From Acidobacteriota bacterium (GTDB lineage: Bacteria > Acidobacteriota > UBA6911), in contig JAISUT010000025.1 of assembly GCA_031271905.1 (NCBI GenBank), positions 30,522 through 94,521 of the forward strand: DNA of 64,000 bases, written 5' to 3'. The notes beneath the pieces are model-generated. The model ran no database searches and was not told the DNA's origin. It saw only the letters and a program-made list of their open reading frames with translations. Positions 30,325 to 41,266 of the stretch are shown piece by piece (the stretch's first letter is position 1; every line of letters begins with the position of its first letter). The position numbers and the translations under genes are program-made.

Positions 30325-31524
30325 TTGAAAGCGGATCCCAAAGGAGTTTTGACCGGCGCCCATTTTTTGGACGGTGACCACGCCTGTTGCGAGGGGGCGC
30401 TGGCCGCAGGCTGCCGGTTCGCCGCAGGCTACCCCATCACCCCCTCGACAGAGGTCGTGGAACGCATCGCGGCGCGGTTCCCGTCCGTGGGCGGCATCTT
30501 CATCCAGATGGAGGACGAGCTGGCGTCGTCCATCGCCCTGCAGGGGGCGGTCTGGGGCGGCGCCAAGGCGATGACGGTGACCTCCGGGCCGGGCTTTTCG
30601 CTCATGATGGAGCACATCGGCTACGCCGCCATGGTCGAGACGCCGTGCGTCTTCGTCGATGTGCAGCGCAGCGGCCCCTCGACGGGCTTGCCGACCCTGC
30701 CGGCGCAGGCCGACATGATGCAGGCGCGCTGGGGGAGCCACGGCGACTACGAGGTCATCGCCCTCTGCCCGAACTCGCCCCAGGAGTGCTTCGACCTGAC
30801 GATCAAGGCGTTCAACCTGGCCGAGGTCTACCGCGTGCCGGTCATGATGATGATGGACGAGTGCGTCGGCCACATGACCGAGAAAGTGGTCATCCCCAAG
30901 GCGAGCGAGATCCATGTCGAGCCGCGCCGCTATACCACGGCCAAGCCCGAGGACTACCTCCCCTTCAAGGCCGAGAAGAACTCCGCGCCGCCGATGGTTC
31001 GGGCGGGGGACGGCTACCGCTTCCATGTGACCGGTCTGACGCACGACGAGCGCGGCTACCCGGTCACGAACGCCGAGGTGCAGGACCGCTGCGTGCGCCG
31101 CCTGGTGGACAAGATCCGCGCCAACGCCCGGCAGATCATCATGCTGGAGGAGAGCGACACCTCCGACGCCGACATCGTGGTGGTCTCCTACGGCATCACC
31201 TCGCGCGTCGCGGTCAAGGCCATCCAGCAGGCGCGGGAGGACGGCTACAAGGTCGGGCACCTGCGGCTGGTCACCGCGTGGCCCTTCCCGGAGAAGCGCC
31301 TGCGCACGCTCGCCTCGCACGTCAAGGCGTTCATCATGCCGGAGCTGAACCTGGGCCAGATGTATTTCGAGATGCAACGTTGCGTCGAGGGGCGCGCCGC
31401 CACCTACCTGCTGCCCCACGCGGGCGGGAGCGTCCACGACCCCGAACTCATCTACCAGAAGATCGCCTACGCGGCCCGGCACATGCGCGTGAAGGAAGGC
31501 AAGGAAAAGGAGGCTGCCAAGTGA
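30325..31524 (+). CDS. korA: 2-oxoacid:acceptor oxidoreductase alpha subunit
   Basis: AGYPITPSTE, QMEDE, TSGPGFSLM, VQRSGPSTGLPT; TTG start after AAGGAG. Confidence 0.9.
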   Translation: MKADPKGVLTGAHFLDGDHACCEGALAAGCRFAAGYPITPSTEVVERIAARFPSVGGIFIQMEDELASSIALQGAVWGGAKAMTVTSGPGFSLMMEHIGYAAMVETPCVFVDVQRSGPSTGLPTLPAQADMMQARWGSHGDYEVIALCPNSPQECFDLTIKAFNLAEVYRVPVMMMMDECVGHMTEKVVIPKASEIHVEPRRYTTAKPEDYLPFKAEKNSAPPMVRAGDGYRFHVTGLTHDERGYPVTNAEVQDRCVRRLVDKIRANARQIIMLEESDTSDADIVVVSYGITSRVAVKAIQQAREDGYKVGHLRLVTAWPFPEKRLRTLASHVKAFIMPELNLGQMYFEMQRCVEGRAATYLLPHAGGSVHDPELIYQKIAYAARHMRVKEGKEKEAAK

Positions 31525-32378
31525 GCCCCACGACGAAGAACCCGCGGAACCAGTACCTGCGCACGGATCGGATGCCGCACATCTGGTGCCCCGGCTGCGG
31601 GCTGGGGACGACCATCAACTGCTTCATCACCGCCGTCGAGGAGTGCGGGCTGCCGTTGGACCTCATCAGCGTGGTCTCCGGCATCGGCTGCACGGGCCGC
31701 ATCGCCGGCTACCTGAAGCTGGACAGCTTCCACACCACGCACGGCCGCCCGATTCCGTTCGCCACCGGGCTGAAGCTCGCCAACCCCAAGCTCAAGGTGG
31801 TGGTCTTCAGCGGCGACGGCGACCTGTGCGCCATCGGCGGCAACCACTTCATCCACGCCGCGCGGCGCAACATGGACTTGACCATCATCTGCGTCAACAA
31901 CTTCACCTACGGCATGACGGGCGGGCAGGTGACGCCGACCACCCCGATGGAGGCGGTCTCCTCGACCACCCCCTACGGCAACATCGAGGAGCCGTTCAAC
32001 CTGCCGTTCTTGGCCGACTGCTCCGGCGCGGTCTACGTGGCGCGCTGGACCACGTTCCACGTCCGGCAGGCCGCCAAGGCGATGCGCGAGGCCATCCAGA
32101 AGAACGGCTTCAGCTTCGTGGAGATCATCAGCCCCTGCCCGACGCTCTACGGGCGGCGCAACAAGCTGGGCGACGGGCTCAAGATGATGCAGGCGTTCAA
32201 GGACAACAGCGTGGTCTGCAACGACGCCGACACGCGCTCCGTGGCGCTCGACTTCCGCGGCAAGATCGCCTGCGGGAAGTTCGTGGATCGCGAGAAGACC
32301 TCGTTCCTTGACATGTACAACACCAAGATGGCCGAGCGGTTCGGGCCTTTCTACGAGCCGTACGAGGGCGTGAAATGA
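31521..32378 (+). CDS. korB: 2-oxoacid:ferredoxin oxidoreductase beta subunit
   Basis: WCPGCG, SGIGC, HGR, GDGD..IGGNH, YGMTGGQ; GTGA overlap. Confidence 0.9.
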   Translation: MSPTTKNPRNQYLRTDRMPHIWCPGCGLGTTINCFITAVEECGLPLDLISVVSGIGCTGRIAGYLKLDSFHTTHGRPIPFATGLKLANPKLKVVVFSGDGDLCAIGGNHFIHAARRNMDLTIICVNNFTYGMTGGQVTPTTPMEAVSSTTPYGNIEEPFNLPFLADCSGAVYVARWTTFHVRQAAKAMREAIQKNGFSFVEIISPCPTLYGRRNKLGDGLKMMQAFKDNSVVCNDADTRSVALDFRGKIACGKFVDREKTSFLDMYNTKMAERFGPFYEPYEGVK

Positions 32379-32914
32379 CGACGGAGATAAAATTCGGCGG
32401 CTTCGGCGGACAGGGGGTGATCTTGGCGGGGATCATCATCGGGCGCGCCGCCAGCATCCTGGACCACAAATACGCGACGCTGACGCAGAGCTTCGGGCCG
32501 GAGGCGCGCGGCGGGGCCTGCAGCGCCCAAGTCATCATCTCCGACGACAAGATCCTGTACCCCTACGTGACCCGTCCGGAGATACTGGTCGCCATGTCGC
32601 AGGAGGCGTGCAACAAGTTCCTGCCCGAGGCGGCGGACGACGCGACGGTCATCATCGAGGAAGACCTGGTCAAGCCCAGGGGGGTCAAGCCGGGGATGAG
32701 CGTCTTCGCCATCCCGGCCACGCGCTTCGCCGAGGAGCTGGGGCCCAAGATGATCCTGAACATCGTGATGGTCGGCTTTTTCACCGCGGTGACGAAGCTC
32801 GTCTCCCACAAGTCGGTGCGCGAGACGGTCAAGGGCTCCGTGCCGCTGGGCACCGAGACGATGAACTTGATGGCGTTCGACCGCGGCTACGAGTACGGCC
32901 AGGCGCTGGTCTGA
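32375..32914 (+). CDS. korC: 2-oxoacid:acceptor oxidoreductase gamma subunit
   Basis: GFGGQGVILAG, QSFGPEARGG, NIVMVG. Confidence 0.9.
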   Translation: MTTEIKFGGFGGQGVILAGIIIGRAASILDHKYATLTQSFGPEARGGACSAQVIISDDKILYPYVTRPEILVAMSQEACNKFLPEAADDATVIIEEDLVKPRGVKPGMSVFAIPATRFAEELGPKMILNIVMVGFFTAVTKLVSHKSVRETVKGSVPLGTETMNLMAFDRGYEYGQALV

Positions 32915-33036
32915 GCGCAAGGGGGCGGAGGCCGAGGAGCGGGCGCACCGAGAAAACTATCGACCTATGGCTTCTGCAAAGTCTGGTATCATCACCGGGT
33001 GAAGATCATTCACCATCGGAGGTGGGGGGGGTGCCT

Positions 33037-33798
33037 ATGGGCTACCAAGCGAACGAGAATGACGGACGCGACCTGGAGTTGAACAACCGCACACTGACCA
33101 TGCTCTTTGTCGGGTTGCTGGCTATTTGCGGTGTTTTTTTCGTCGCGGGGAGGTCGATGCGCCCCGCCGCCGACCTTGCGGCGGAGACGGAATACGGCGA
33201 AGGATATGCGTCGTCGGAGACCGCCCCCTTCGAGGATGGCGACGCCGCCGTCACGGATCCCGGCGGGCGACGCGACGCGGCCGAGCCAGAGTCGGCGACG
33301 CGGCCGAACGAGGCTTCGACACCCCCCGCCGCCACGGAAGAGCCTGCGTCGCCGGCGGCTTCCACCCCTCCCCCGCAGGTCGCCGTAGTCGTGCCGCCCC
33401 CGGCGCCCAAGCCTAAGCCCGCAGTCGAGGAAAAACCCAAGCCGGCACCGCCTAAAGAGGCGCCCAAGCCCGCCGCCGAGGCGCCCAAATCCTCGGTGGA
33501 GAGCATCGTCAAGGAGGCCGCGAAGAAGGTGCTGCCCCCGGCGACGCCCGCCGCTTCCGGGAAAAGCTCCTGGTCTGTCCAGGTCGCCGCCTTCCACGCC
33601 CGCCGCGAGACCGAGCTCAAGGCCAAGGAGCTCAAAGAGGCGGGGTTCGAGCCCCGCATAGAGGTGCCTCACCCGCCGGACGACTGGTACCGGCTCAAGA
33701 TCGGCAAATTCGCCACCCGCGCCGAAGCCAACGAGATGGCGAGCCGGGTGAAAGGCAGGGGCTTTGACGCCATCGTCAAGGAGAACAAAGACGACTAG
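33037..33798 (+). CDS. SPOR domain cell-division-type membrane protein
   Basis: Single TM helix, Pro/Ala-rich linker, WSVQVAAF...WYRLKIGKF. Confidence 0.85.
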   Translation: MGYQANENDGRDLELNNRTLTMLFVGLLAICGVFFVAGRSMRPAADLAAETEYGEGYASSETAPFEDGDAAVTDPGGRRDAAEPESATRPNEASTPPAATEEPASPAASTPPPQVAVVVPPPAPKPKPAVEEKPKPAPPKEAPKPAAEAPKSSVESIVKEAAKKVLPPATPAASGKSSWSVQVAAFHARRETELKAKELKEAGFEPRIEVPHPPDDWYRLKIGKFATRAEANEMASRVKGRGFDAIVKENKDD

Positions 33799-35365
33799 CC
33801 GGACGGGGGCGTGGTCGCTGGCGTTGCCCGTGGCGACCGGTCTCGCGCTGGTCGCCGCATTCCCCCGCGCGAGCCAGGGGTGGCTGGGCTGGGCGGCGTG
33901 GACGCCGCTCCTGGTCTTCGTCGCGCAGGCTCGCCGCCGTCGCGGCGCGTTCGCCGGCGGTTGGCTGGCTTTCGCCGTCGAGTTCTTCATCCTGCTGCGC
34001 TGGATGCCCGAGGTCATGGGGCGCTACGGCGGGATGGCGCCGCTTCTCGCTTGGGCCGCCCATGCGTTGCTCGCCGCCGTGCTCGCCTGCTACCCCGCAT
34101 CCGCCTGCCTCTTCGTGAAGCACTTGATGGTGCGCCGGGGGGGCGCGCCATGGGCGTTGCTGGTGTTTCCCTTCGCCTGGGTCGCGGTCGAACTCCTGCA
34201 AAGCGTCTCGCCGATGGGGGGGCTGCCGTGGCTTCTGGCGGGATATACGCAGACCCGCTTCCTGACGCTGATCCAATGCGCCGACGTCGCAGGCGTCTAT
34301 GGCGTCTCCTTCATCGTCGTCTCCGTCAACACGGCGCTCGCCTGGATGTGGTTGCGCCGGGGGCCGCGGGGGTTCGCCGCCTACGCGCCGCCGGTGGCGG
34401 CGGGGGCGCTCCTGCTCGCCGCGTTGGCATACGGACATGCCGCGTTGCAACGCTGGGATGGGGCGGGTCACGCCGAGCCGCGCTACCATGCGGCGCTCCT
34501 GCAGGGGAACATCTCCGTCGAGGATTCATGGGAGGCGATGAACGAGAAGTTCGAGGCGGGGTACGTGCGCATGGCGGACCGGCTCGACGCCCCGGTGGAC
34601 TTGCTGGTGCTGCCCGAGTCCCCCGCGCCCAAACGATTCCAGTCGGACGGGGGCTACCGCCGGACGATGGAGGCGTTGGCGCGGCGCTATCCGCTGGGGT
34701 TGGTGTTGAGCAACATCAACGCCCGGGAACGGGGGGACGGGACGGAGGCGCGCTACAACAGCGCCTTTTTCCTGGACGGCGGCGGCAGGCTCGCCGGCGT
34801 CTACGACAAGATCCACCTGGTCCCCTTCGGCGAGTACATCCCCTACGGGTGGCTGTCCTCCTTCGCCGAGACGGTCTCCCAAGACGTGGGGACGTTCGCG
34901 GACGGGAGCGACCAGCGGGTCTTTGGGTTCGGCGGGCACCCCGTCAACGCGGTGATCTGCTTCGAGGCGGCGTTTCCCCGCCTGGTGCGCGGCTTCGTCG
35001 CGCAGGGGAGCCGGTTGATCGTCAACTTGGTCAACGACGGCTGGTACGGGGTGAGCGACGCGCCCTACCAGCATTTGGAGATCGCACGGGTGCGGGCGGT
35101 CGAGAACCGGCGCTACCTCCTGCGCGCCGCCAATTCCGGCGTCTCGGCGGTCATCGGGCCGACAGGCCGCATCCAAGGGGCGACGGGCCTGATGCGGGAA
35201 GCGGTCTGCCGGGGGGAGTTCGCCTTCATCGCGGAAGAGACGCCATACGCCCGGTACGGGGATGTCTTCCCGGCGATCTGTGTTATCATTTGCGCCGTCG
35301 TCGGAATGGGTGGTTTCGTTTTGGAGTTGTCTCGGAGGAGAAGGAAGCGATGCTTGAGGAACTGA
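33764..35365 (+). CDS. lnt: Apolipoprotein N-acyltransferase
   Basis: Multiple TM helices, LQGNI, LPES, YNSA, YDKIHLVPFGEY, ICFE, NDGWY, RAVENRR, RAANSG; start approximate. Confidence 0.93.
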   Translation: MTPSSRRTKTTSRTGAWSLALPVATGLALVAAFPRASQGWLGWAAWTPLLVFVAQARRRRGAFAGGWLAFAVEFFILLRWMPEVMGRYGGMAPLLAWAAHALLAAVLACYPASACLFVKHLMVRRGGAPWALLVFPFAWVAVELLQSVSPMGGLPWLLAGYTQTRFLTLIQCADVAGVYGVSFIVVSVNTALAWMWLRRGPRGFAAYAPPVAAGALLLAALAYGHAALQRWDGAGHAEPRYHAALLQGNISVEDSWEAMNEKFEAGYVRMADRLDAPVDLLVLPESPAPKRFQSDGGYRRTMEALARRYPLGLVLSNINARERGDGTEARYNSAFFLDGGGRLAGVYDKIHLVPFGEYIPYGWLSSFAETVSQDVGTFADGSDQRVFGFGGHPVNAVICFEAAFPRLVRGFVAQGSRLIVNLVNDGWYGVSDAPYQHLEIARVRAVENRRYLLRAANSGVSAVIGPTGRIQGATGLMREAVCRGEFAFIAEETPYARYGDVFPAICVIICAVVGMGGFVLELSRRRRKRCLRN

Positions 35366-36448
35366 AGGAGAAAGTGGCCGCCATCGAGGAAAAGATAACG
35401 CAGATCCGAGGTTATCTTTGATGCGGAGAAAAAGCGGGTTCAGATTCTCGAGCTGGAAAAGAAGATAGCGCAGCCTGACTTCTGGAACAACCAGGAGGAT
35501 GCGCAGGCGGCCTTGCAGAAGCGCAGCCGCATGGAGGCCGACATCGAGGCCGACTCCCGCTACGCGCGGGAGCTGGAAGATCTGAAAGCCTTGGTCGAGC
35601 TGGCGGAGGAGGACGGCGACGTCGCCGGGGAGCTGGCGGCCGAGGCGGAGCGCCTCGAGCAGGAGACGCGCCACACGGAGATACGGATGCTCCTTTCGGG
35701 CGAGCACGACGCCTCCAACGCCATCGTCACCATCCACCCGGGTGCGGGCGGCGTCGATTCGCAGGATTGGGCGGACATGCTCGTGCGCATGTACCTGCGC
35801 TGGGGCGAGCGCGACGGCTACAAGGTCAAGATGTTGGACTACCAGCCGGGCGACGAGGCGGGCATCAAGTCGGCGACCTTCATCGTCGAGGGGGAGTTCG
35901 CCTACGGCTACCTCACATCCGAGAGCGGCGTGCACCGCTTGGTGCGCATCTCCCCCTTCGGGGCGATAGGCAAGCGCCAGACCAGCTTCGCCTCGGTCTT
36001 CGTCTACCCGGAGCTGGACGACAAGATCGAGATACAGATCGACGAGAAGGACTTGCGCATCGACACCTACCGCTCCTCCGGCGCGGGGGGGCAGCATGTG
36101 AACGTCACCGATTCGGCGGTGCGCATCACGCACCTGCCGACCGGCATCGTCGTCTCCTGCCAGAACGAGCGCTCGCAGATACGCAACCGCGAGGTGGCGC
36201 GCCAGGTGTTGCGCTCGCGCCTCTACGAGCTGGAGCTGAGCAAGAAGCGCCAGGAGTTGCAGGCGGTCGAGGACTCCAAGATGGACATCAACTTCGGCAG
36301 CCAGATCCGGTCGTATGTGCTGCACCCGTACCGGATGGTGAAGGATCATCGCACGAAGTTCGAGACCTCCAACGCCGACCGGGTGCTGGACGGCGACATC
36401 GAGGACTTCATCTACCAGTTCCTGGTCTTTCGCGGCGTGCGCCCGTGA
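35350..36448 (+). CDS. prfB: Peptide chain release factor 2, +1 programmed frameshift at 35416-35422
   Basis: MLEELKEK...RGYL, then CTT TGA T; the +1 frame continues DAEKKR...PDFWNN with SPF and GGQ motifs. Confidence 0.95.
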
Positions 36449-36499
36449 CGCCGGGGACGCGGCATCGACCGAAGGATTCTATCGGGACTGCATCATAGG

Positions 36500-37195
36500 T
36501 TGTTCGCGGATGGGCTTATGAGGGGGAAGGGCGACGGCGGGGGCGACAAGGCGCGGCGGCGTGTCTACGGCGGGTTGCTGGCGTTCGCCGTGTGCGCGGG
36601 CGTTCTGCTCTGCGGGTTGCCGCAGCTTCGGGAGCGCCTCGTGGGGCGGAGCCGCCTCCTGAAAGGGGCGTTGGCGGGGGACGCGCGGCCGGAGATACTG
36701 CCGATGGGGGAGGACGAGCTCCCCTATCCAGAGGAGTTCGCCATCCCGGATCCGCCGCCAGTCCAGCCCGCGCCGAGGGGTGCGAGCCTGCGCCCGTCCC
36801 GCGAGCCGGACAGGCCTGCGGACGAGGCGGGTCAGGTCGGCGCGGGCGCACGCCGCCGGTTGACCGTGCCGTCTCCTGCGGCAGGCGCCGCGCATGACGG
36901 CGGAGGTGCGCCTGGGGATGCAGACCTTGGGCAGGCGCCCCGCTTCCAGCAGGGGGCGAAGGAGCGGGAAGCCTACGATAAAGTGCTGGCAGCCAACCCC
37001 AAGCTCGCCGACATGGTGGCTGGGCTCGACGCAGGATTGCGCTTCAAGACGTGGGCGGCGGCCCACCGGGGCGGGGAGCTTTACTGGGTGCGCGTGACCT
37101 TCGCCGGCGCGGACGGGAAGGATGTGGAGTACATCTGGCGGGTGGACGCCGCCGGCACGGTGGCGCCGCTCAGCTTCAACGCCCGCTCGTTGTAG
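36500..37195 (+). CDS. Hypothetical membrane-anchored protein
   Basis: ORF fills the gap on the operon strand; N-terminal hydrophobic helix; start uncertain. Confidence 0.55.
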   Translation: MFADGLMRGKGDGGGDKARRRVYGGLLAFAVCAGVLLCGLPQLRERLVGRSRLLKGALAGDARPEILPMGEDELPYPEEFAIPDPPPVQPAPRGASLRPSREPDRPADEAGQVGAGARRRLTVPSPAAGAAHDGGGAPGDADLGQAPRFQQGAKEREAYDKVLAANPKLADMVAGLDAGLRFKTWAAAHRGGELYWVRVTFAGADGKDVEYIWRVDAAGTVAPLSFNARSL

Positions 37196-37259
37196 CCGCC
37201 GGGGCGTGGTAAAACGGCGGTTCGTCGAACGGATGGGTTCTTTTCATGAAGGTGGACGC

Positions 37260-38267
37260 ATGGCTATATTTCCGATGAAGTCTAAAAACCCCCGGCCTTA
37301 CGCGGTCGGCGTCGGTTCCGCGCTGATGGACATCCTGCTCTTCGAGTCCGACGGCTTCGTCGCCGAGCACGGCCTCATCAAGGGCGGCATGGAGATGGTG
37401 GACGCCGGACGCGCCGACGAATTGCTGGCGGCCTCCGCCCGGGGGGCGGCGGCGCGGCGCGTCCCCGGGGGCTCCTCTTGCAACACCACCATCGGGCTGG
37501 GGCGGCTCTGCGGCAAGGCGGTCTTCGTCGGGACGCGGGGCGACGACGACCTGGGCGGGATTCTCGAAGCCTCCATCGCCGCCAACGACGTCGAAGCGCG
37601 CCTGCGGAAAGTGGCGGCACCCACCGGGCGCGTCCTCTCGGTGGTCACGCCGGACGCGGAGCGGACGATGCTGACCTGCCTCGGCGCCTCTTCTGAGACT
37701 TCGGCGGATCAGATATCCCCGGAGCTGTTCCGGGGCGCCGACCTGGTTCACGTCGAAGGTTACCTGCTGTTCAACGAGCCGGTCATCCGCGCGGTGTTCG
37801 AGTCGGCGGAGGCGGCGGGCGTCCCCGCGTCGCTGGACCTCGCCAGCTTCACGGTGGTGGAGGCGAAGCTCGCGCTTGCCAAGGAACTGGTGCAGAAGCA
37901 CGTCGCCGTGCTGTTGGCGAACGAGGACGAGGCGCGGAGCTACACCGGCGCGTCCGACGAGAGGGAGGCGTTGGAAATCCTGGCTGGCGACGCCGAGTGC
38001 GCCGTGGTGAAGGTCGGCAAGCGCGGCAGCCTGGTCAGCCTGGGCGGCGAGGTCACGACGGTCGCGCCGGTGGGCGACGGCGGGGCGGTGGACACCACCG
38101 GCGCGGGCGACCTGTGGGCGTCGGGGTTCCTCTACGGGCTGATCAGCGGCAAGCCTGTCGCCGAGTGCGGGCGCATCGCCTCGCTCTGCGGTTACGAGGT
38201 CTGCCAGGTGGAGGGGGCGCACATCCCCGAGGAGGGATGGCGCCGCATCAAGGCCGCCATCGGCTGA
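37260..38267 (+). CDS. PfkB-family carbohydrate/adenosine kinase
   Basis: GGSSCNT, PDAERTM, ANEDEA, DTTGAGDLWASGFLYGL. Confidence 0.9.
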   Translation: MAIFPMKSKNPRPYAVGVGSALMDILLFESDGFVAEHGLIKGGMEMVDAGRADELLAASARGAAARRVPGGSSCNTTIGLGRLCGKAVFVGTRGDDDLGGILEASIAANDVEARLRKVAAPTGRVLSVVTPDAERTMLTCLGASSETSADQISPELFRGADLVHVEGYLLFNEPVIRAVFESAEAAGVPASLDLASFTVVEAKLALAKELVQKHVAVLLANEDEARSYTGASDEREALEILAGDAECAVVKVGKRGSLVSLGGEVTTVAPVGDGGAVDTTGAGDLWASGFLYGLISGKPVAECGRIASLCGYEVCQVEGAHIPEEGWRRIKAAIG

Positions 38268-38280
38268 CGGCGGCTCGGCG

Positions 38281-38934
38281 TCACCCCTCCCAGAAGGCGG
38301 GGGCGACCTCGATGACCCCTTGCTTCCAAGAGAGCAGCCCACGCCGCCCCAGATCCTGCAAAAGCCGCGACAGCGTCTCGGGCGTGGCGCCGATGGCGGC
38401 GGCGAGCTGCTTTTTGTTGATCTCGGCGTAGATGCGCCGGACGGGCGTCCCTTCGCAATACTGTTCCAACAGGAAGGCGCGCAGCCTCTCCTCGACGGCG
38501 GCGCCTGTCAACTGGTGGATGCGGTTGACCAGGTAGCGTTGCTTCCCGAGCAGCATGGCGATGAAGTCGTTGCGGAAGTCCTCGTCGCGGAGCAGCGTCA
38601 GCATGTCGCGGCGCGACAGCCGGAAAATCAGTATGTCTGTCATCGCCGTCGCCGTCACCGGGTAGGAGTGTTGCTCGAAGAGGATGACTTCGGCGAAGAC
38701 GTCGCCCGGCTTCAGGGTCTCCACCACGGTCTCGACCCCTTCCGGCGAGAGCTTGTGCAGGGCGATGCGCCCCCGTGCCAGCAGGAACATGGCGTCGCCT
38801 TCGTCCCCCTCTCGAAACAGCACGGTGCGCTTGGGGCGTTCCAGCGGCAGGCAGCATTTCGCCAAGGCCTCCTTGCCCGGTTTGGAGATGCCCTTGAAGA
38901 AGCGGGCGTTGTCGAGCGTCTTGTAGATGTCCAT
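38281..38934 (-). CDS. Crp/Fnr-family transcriptional regulator
   Basis: LFREGD, PGDVFAE, VEERL, HTH LAAAIGATPETLSR. Confidence 0.9.
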   Translation of the reverse strand: MDIYKTLDNARFFKGISKPGKEALAKCCLPLERPKRTVLFREGDEGDAMFLLARGRIALHKLSPEGVETVVETLKPGDVFAEVILFEQHSYPVTATAMTDILIFRLSRRDMLTLLRDEDFRNDFIAMLLGKQRYLVNRIHQLTGAAVEERLRAFLLEQYCEGTPVRRIYAEINKKQLAAAIGATPETLSRLLQDLGRRGLLSWKQGVIEVAPAFWEG

Positions 38935-39188
38935 GTACACCCCCCGTGCCTTGGATCCGAACCTGCTCCGCCGGGAACCGGCTTGCGGTCGAGACAGCAG
39001 TTTTACGCGATCCGGGGGATTTTCAAAAGGAAATCTTGCTGGATGGGCGTCGAGGCGAAAATTTTTGCGGATCCCCTCGATTTCACTCTTGCACACCGGG
39101 GGGATAAGCCGGAAACTTTAGAGTTCCAACATGTTTGCGCCTGTAAGGGTTGCGAGGCGGCCGCAGGCGTCGAAAGGAATTTGCGTCT

Positions 39189-41015
39189 GTGAGCGCACCG
39201 TTGCGTTGCGTCTGGAAAAAAAAGCCTGCGACCCCCCCATCCGGGAGCCTCGACCTGCTCTGCCACTGCGCGAGCGCCCTGGCCGTCGTCTGCCTGGTTG
39301 CGACGCTCGTGCTGCCGGTGCTCGCCCCCGCCCGCCCGCGGGACAACTGGGCGGATCGGACGCTCGAAGGGCTCTCCCTGCGTGACAAGATCGCCCAACT
39401 GGTGCAAATACGGGTGACCGGGAAGTTCGTCAACCGGCAGAGCAAGGATTTCAAGAAGATCGAGGAGCAGATCAGGGACAACCACATCGGCGGGCTGGTG
39501 CTGTTCGCCGGCAACGTCTATGAGTCGGCGATGGCGCTCAACGACTTCCAGGAGATGTCCGCGTTGCCGCTCCTGGTGTCGGCGGACTTCGAGCGGGGCG
39601 CGGCGTTCCGCATATCGGACACGACCTCCTTCCCGTGGGCGATGGCGCTCGGCGCCACCGGGGACGAGGACTTGGCGTACCGCGAGGGGCTCGCCACCGC
39701 CGAGGAGTCGCGTGCGATGGGGGTGCATTGGATATTCGCCCCGGTGGTGGACGTCAACAACAACCCCGACAACCCGGTCATCAACGTCCGCGCCTTCGGC
39801 GAAGACCCCGATGCGGTGGCGCGCCTCGGCATCGCCTTCATGCGGGGGGCGCAGGCGGGCGGCGTCCTGACCACCGCCAAGCATTTCCCCGGCCATGGCG
39901 ACACCGCCACCGACTCCCATATCGGCCTGCCGGTGGTGCCTTCGGATCGCTCCCAGCTCGAACGGTGCGAGTTCATCCCCTTCCGCCGGCTCATCGACGC
40001 GGGGGTGGAGGCGGTCATGACGGCGCACGTCGCCGTGCCCCGGCTCACGCGGGACGACTCGCTCCCCGCCACGCTCTCCCCGGAGGTGCTGACGGACGTG
40101 CTGAAGAATTCGCTGGGCTTCCGGGGCATCGTCGTGACCGACGCCTTGGAGATGGGGGGCATCGCCAACAAGTACGGGAGCGGTGCCGCCGCCGTCGCTG
40201 CCATCAAGGCCGGCGCGGACGTGCTGTTGCTGCCGGTGGACGCCGGCGAGGCGATCGACGCGGTGGAGCAAGCCGTGCTCGCCGGGGAGATCCCCGTGGC
40301 GCAGATCGACGCCTCGGTGCGGAAGCTCTTGGACGCGAAAAAACGCCTGAACTTGGACCGATCGCGGTTGACGGACTTGGACAGGATAGGGGACACGGTG
40401 TCCTCGCCGGCGAACCTCGCCTTGGCGCAGGAGATCGCCGACCGCGCGATCACCGTGGTGAAGGATGAGTCCCGGTTGCTGCCGCTGGATCCGACCTCCA
40501 CCCATAGCGTCTACGGGTTGGTTCTGACCCCGTCTCCCGACCCCGAATCCGGGACGGCGTTCCTCAACGCCTTCCGCGACCGTTTCCCCGACGCCAAGAC
40601 GGAATGGGGCAACGCGCGGATGCCTGCCGATCAACTGGCCGCCATCGACAAGGAGATCAAGGGGGCGGACTTGGTCGTGGTCGCCACGTTGAGCCGCTTG
40701 GCGTCGGGGCAGAACACCTCCGTCCCTGACGCGCACCGCCAGATCGTGCGGAAGTTGGCGTCGTCGTCCAAACCGGTCGTCTGGGTCTCGATCGGCAGCC
40801 CGTACCTTTTGCGGCTCGCGCCGGAGATGAAGACGATGCTCTGCACCTTCAGCCACTCCGAGAATTCGCAGGTCGCCGCCGCCAAGGCGCTGGCGGGGGA
40901 GTTCCACATCGACGGGAGGACGCCGGTGAGCATCCCGGGGATCGCCCTGATCGGCGAAGGGTTGTCAGTTCCCGCCAATCCCGTCCCCGTCGTCGTTTCA
41001 GCGACCGCCCCGTAG
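39189..41015 (+). CDS. GH3 beta-N-acetylhexosaminidase
   Basis: ADFERG, APVVDVN.NPxNPVI.VRAFG, KHFPGHGDTATDSH, MTAH, VTDALEM; start uncertain. Confidence 0.9.
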   Translation: MSAPLRCVWKKKPATPPSGSLDLLCHCASALAVVCLVATLVLPVLAPARPRDNWADRTLEGLSLRDKIAQLVQIRVTGKFVNRQSKDFKKIEEQIRDNHIGGLVLFAGNVYESAMALNDFQEMSALPLLVSADFERGAAFRISDTTSFPWAMALGATGDEDLAYREGLATAEESRAMGVHWIFAPVVDVNNNPDNPVINVRAFGEDPDAVARLGIAFMRGAQAGGVLTTAKHFPGHGDTATDSHIGLPVVPSDRSQLERCEFIPFRRLIDAGVEAVMTAHVAVPRLTRDDSLPATLSPEVLTDVLKNSLGFRGIVVTDALEMGGIANKYGSGAAAVAAIKAGADVLLLPVDAGEAIDAVEQAVLAGEIPVAQIDASVRKLLDAKKRLNLDRSRLTDLDRIGDTVSSPANLALAQEIADRAITVVKDESRLLPLDPTSTHSVYGLVLTPSPDPESGTAFLNAFRDRFPDAKTEWGNARMPADQLAAIDKEIKGADLVVVATLSRLASGQNTSVPDAHRQIVRKLASSSKPVVWVSIGSPYLLRLAPEMKTMLCTFSHSENSQVAAAKALAGEFHIDGRTPVSIPGIALIGEGLSVPANPVPVVVSATAP

Positions 41016-41156
41016 GGTCCGCGCGTCCGCCGTCGCGGGGCGCGTCTTTGAAGGGGCGAGACCGCAAGTCTCAACGATGAGGCATGAAAATTTTTCGTGA
41101 ATTTCCGCCAGGCTGTGGTAATATTTTCCGCGCTTGACAGGCTACGCTGAAAGCGA

Positions 41157-41231
41157 GCGGGAATAACTCAGTGGTAGAGTGCGACCTTGCCAAGGTCGAA
41201 GTCGCGGGTTCAAATCCCGTTTCCCGCTCCA
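41157..41231 (+). tRNA. tRNA-Gly (anticodon GCC), CCA encoded
   Basis: GCGGGAA...CGACC-TTGCCAA-GGTCG...GGTTCAAATCC...TTCCCGCTCCA. Confidence 0.97.
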
Positions 41232-41266
41232 TCCCCCCTTTTCAAACGAGCAGCCCGCCTTTGACG

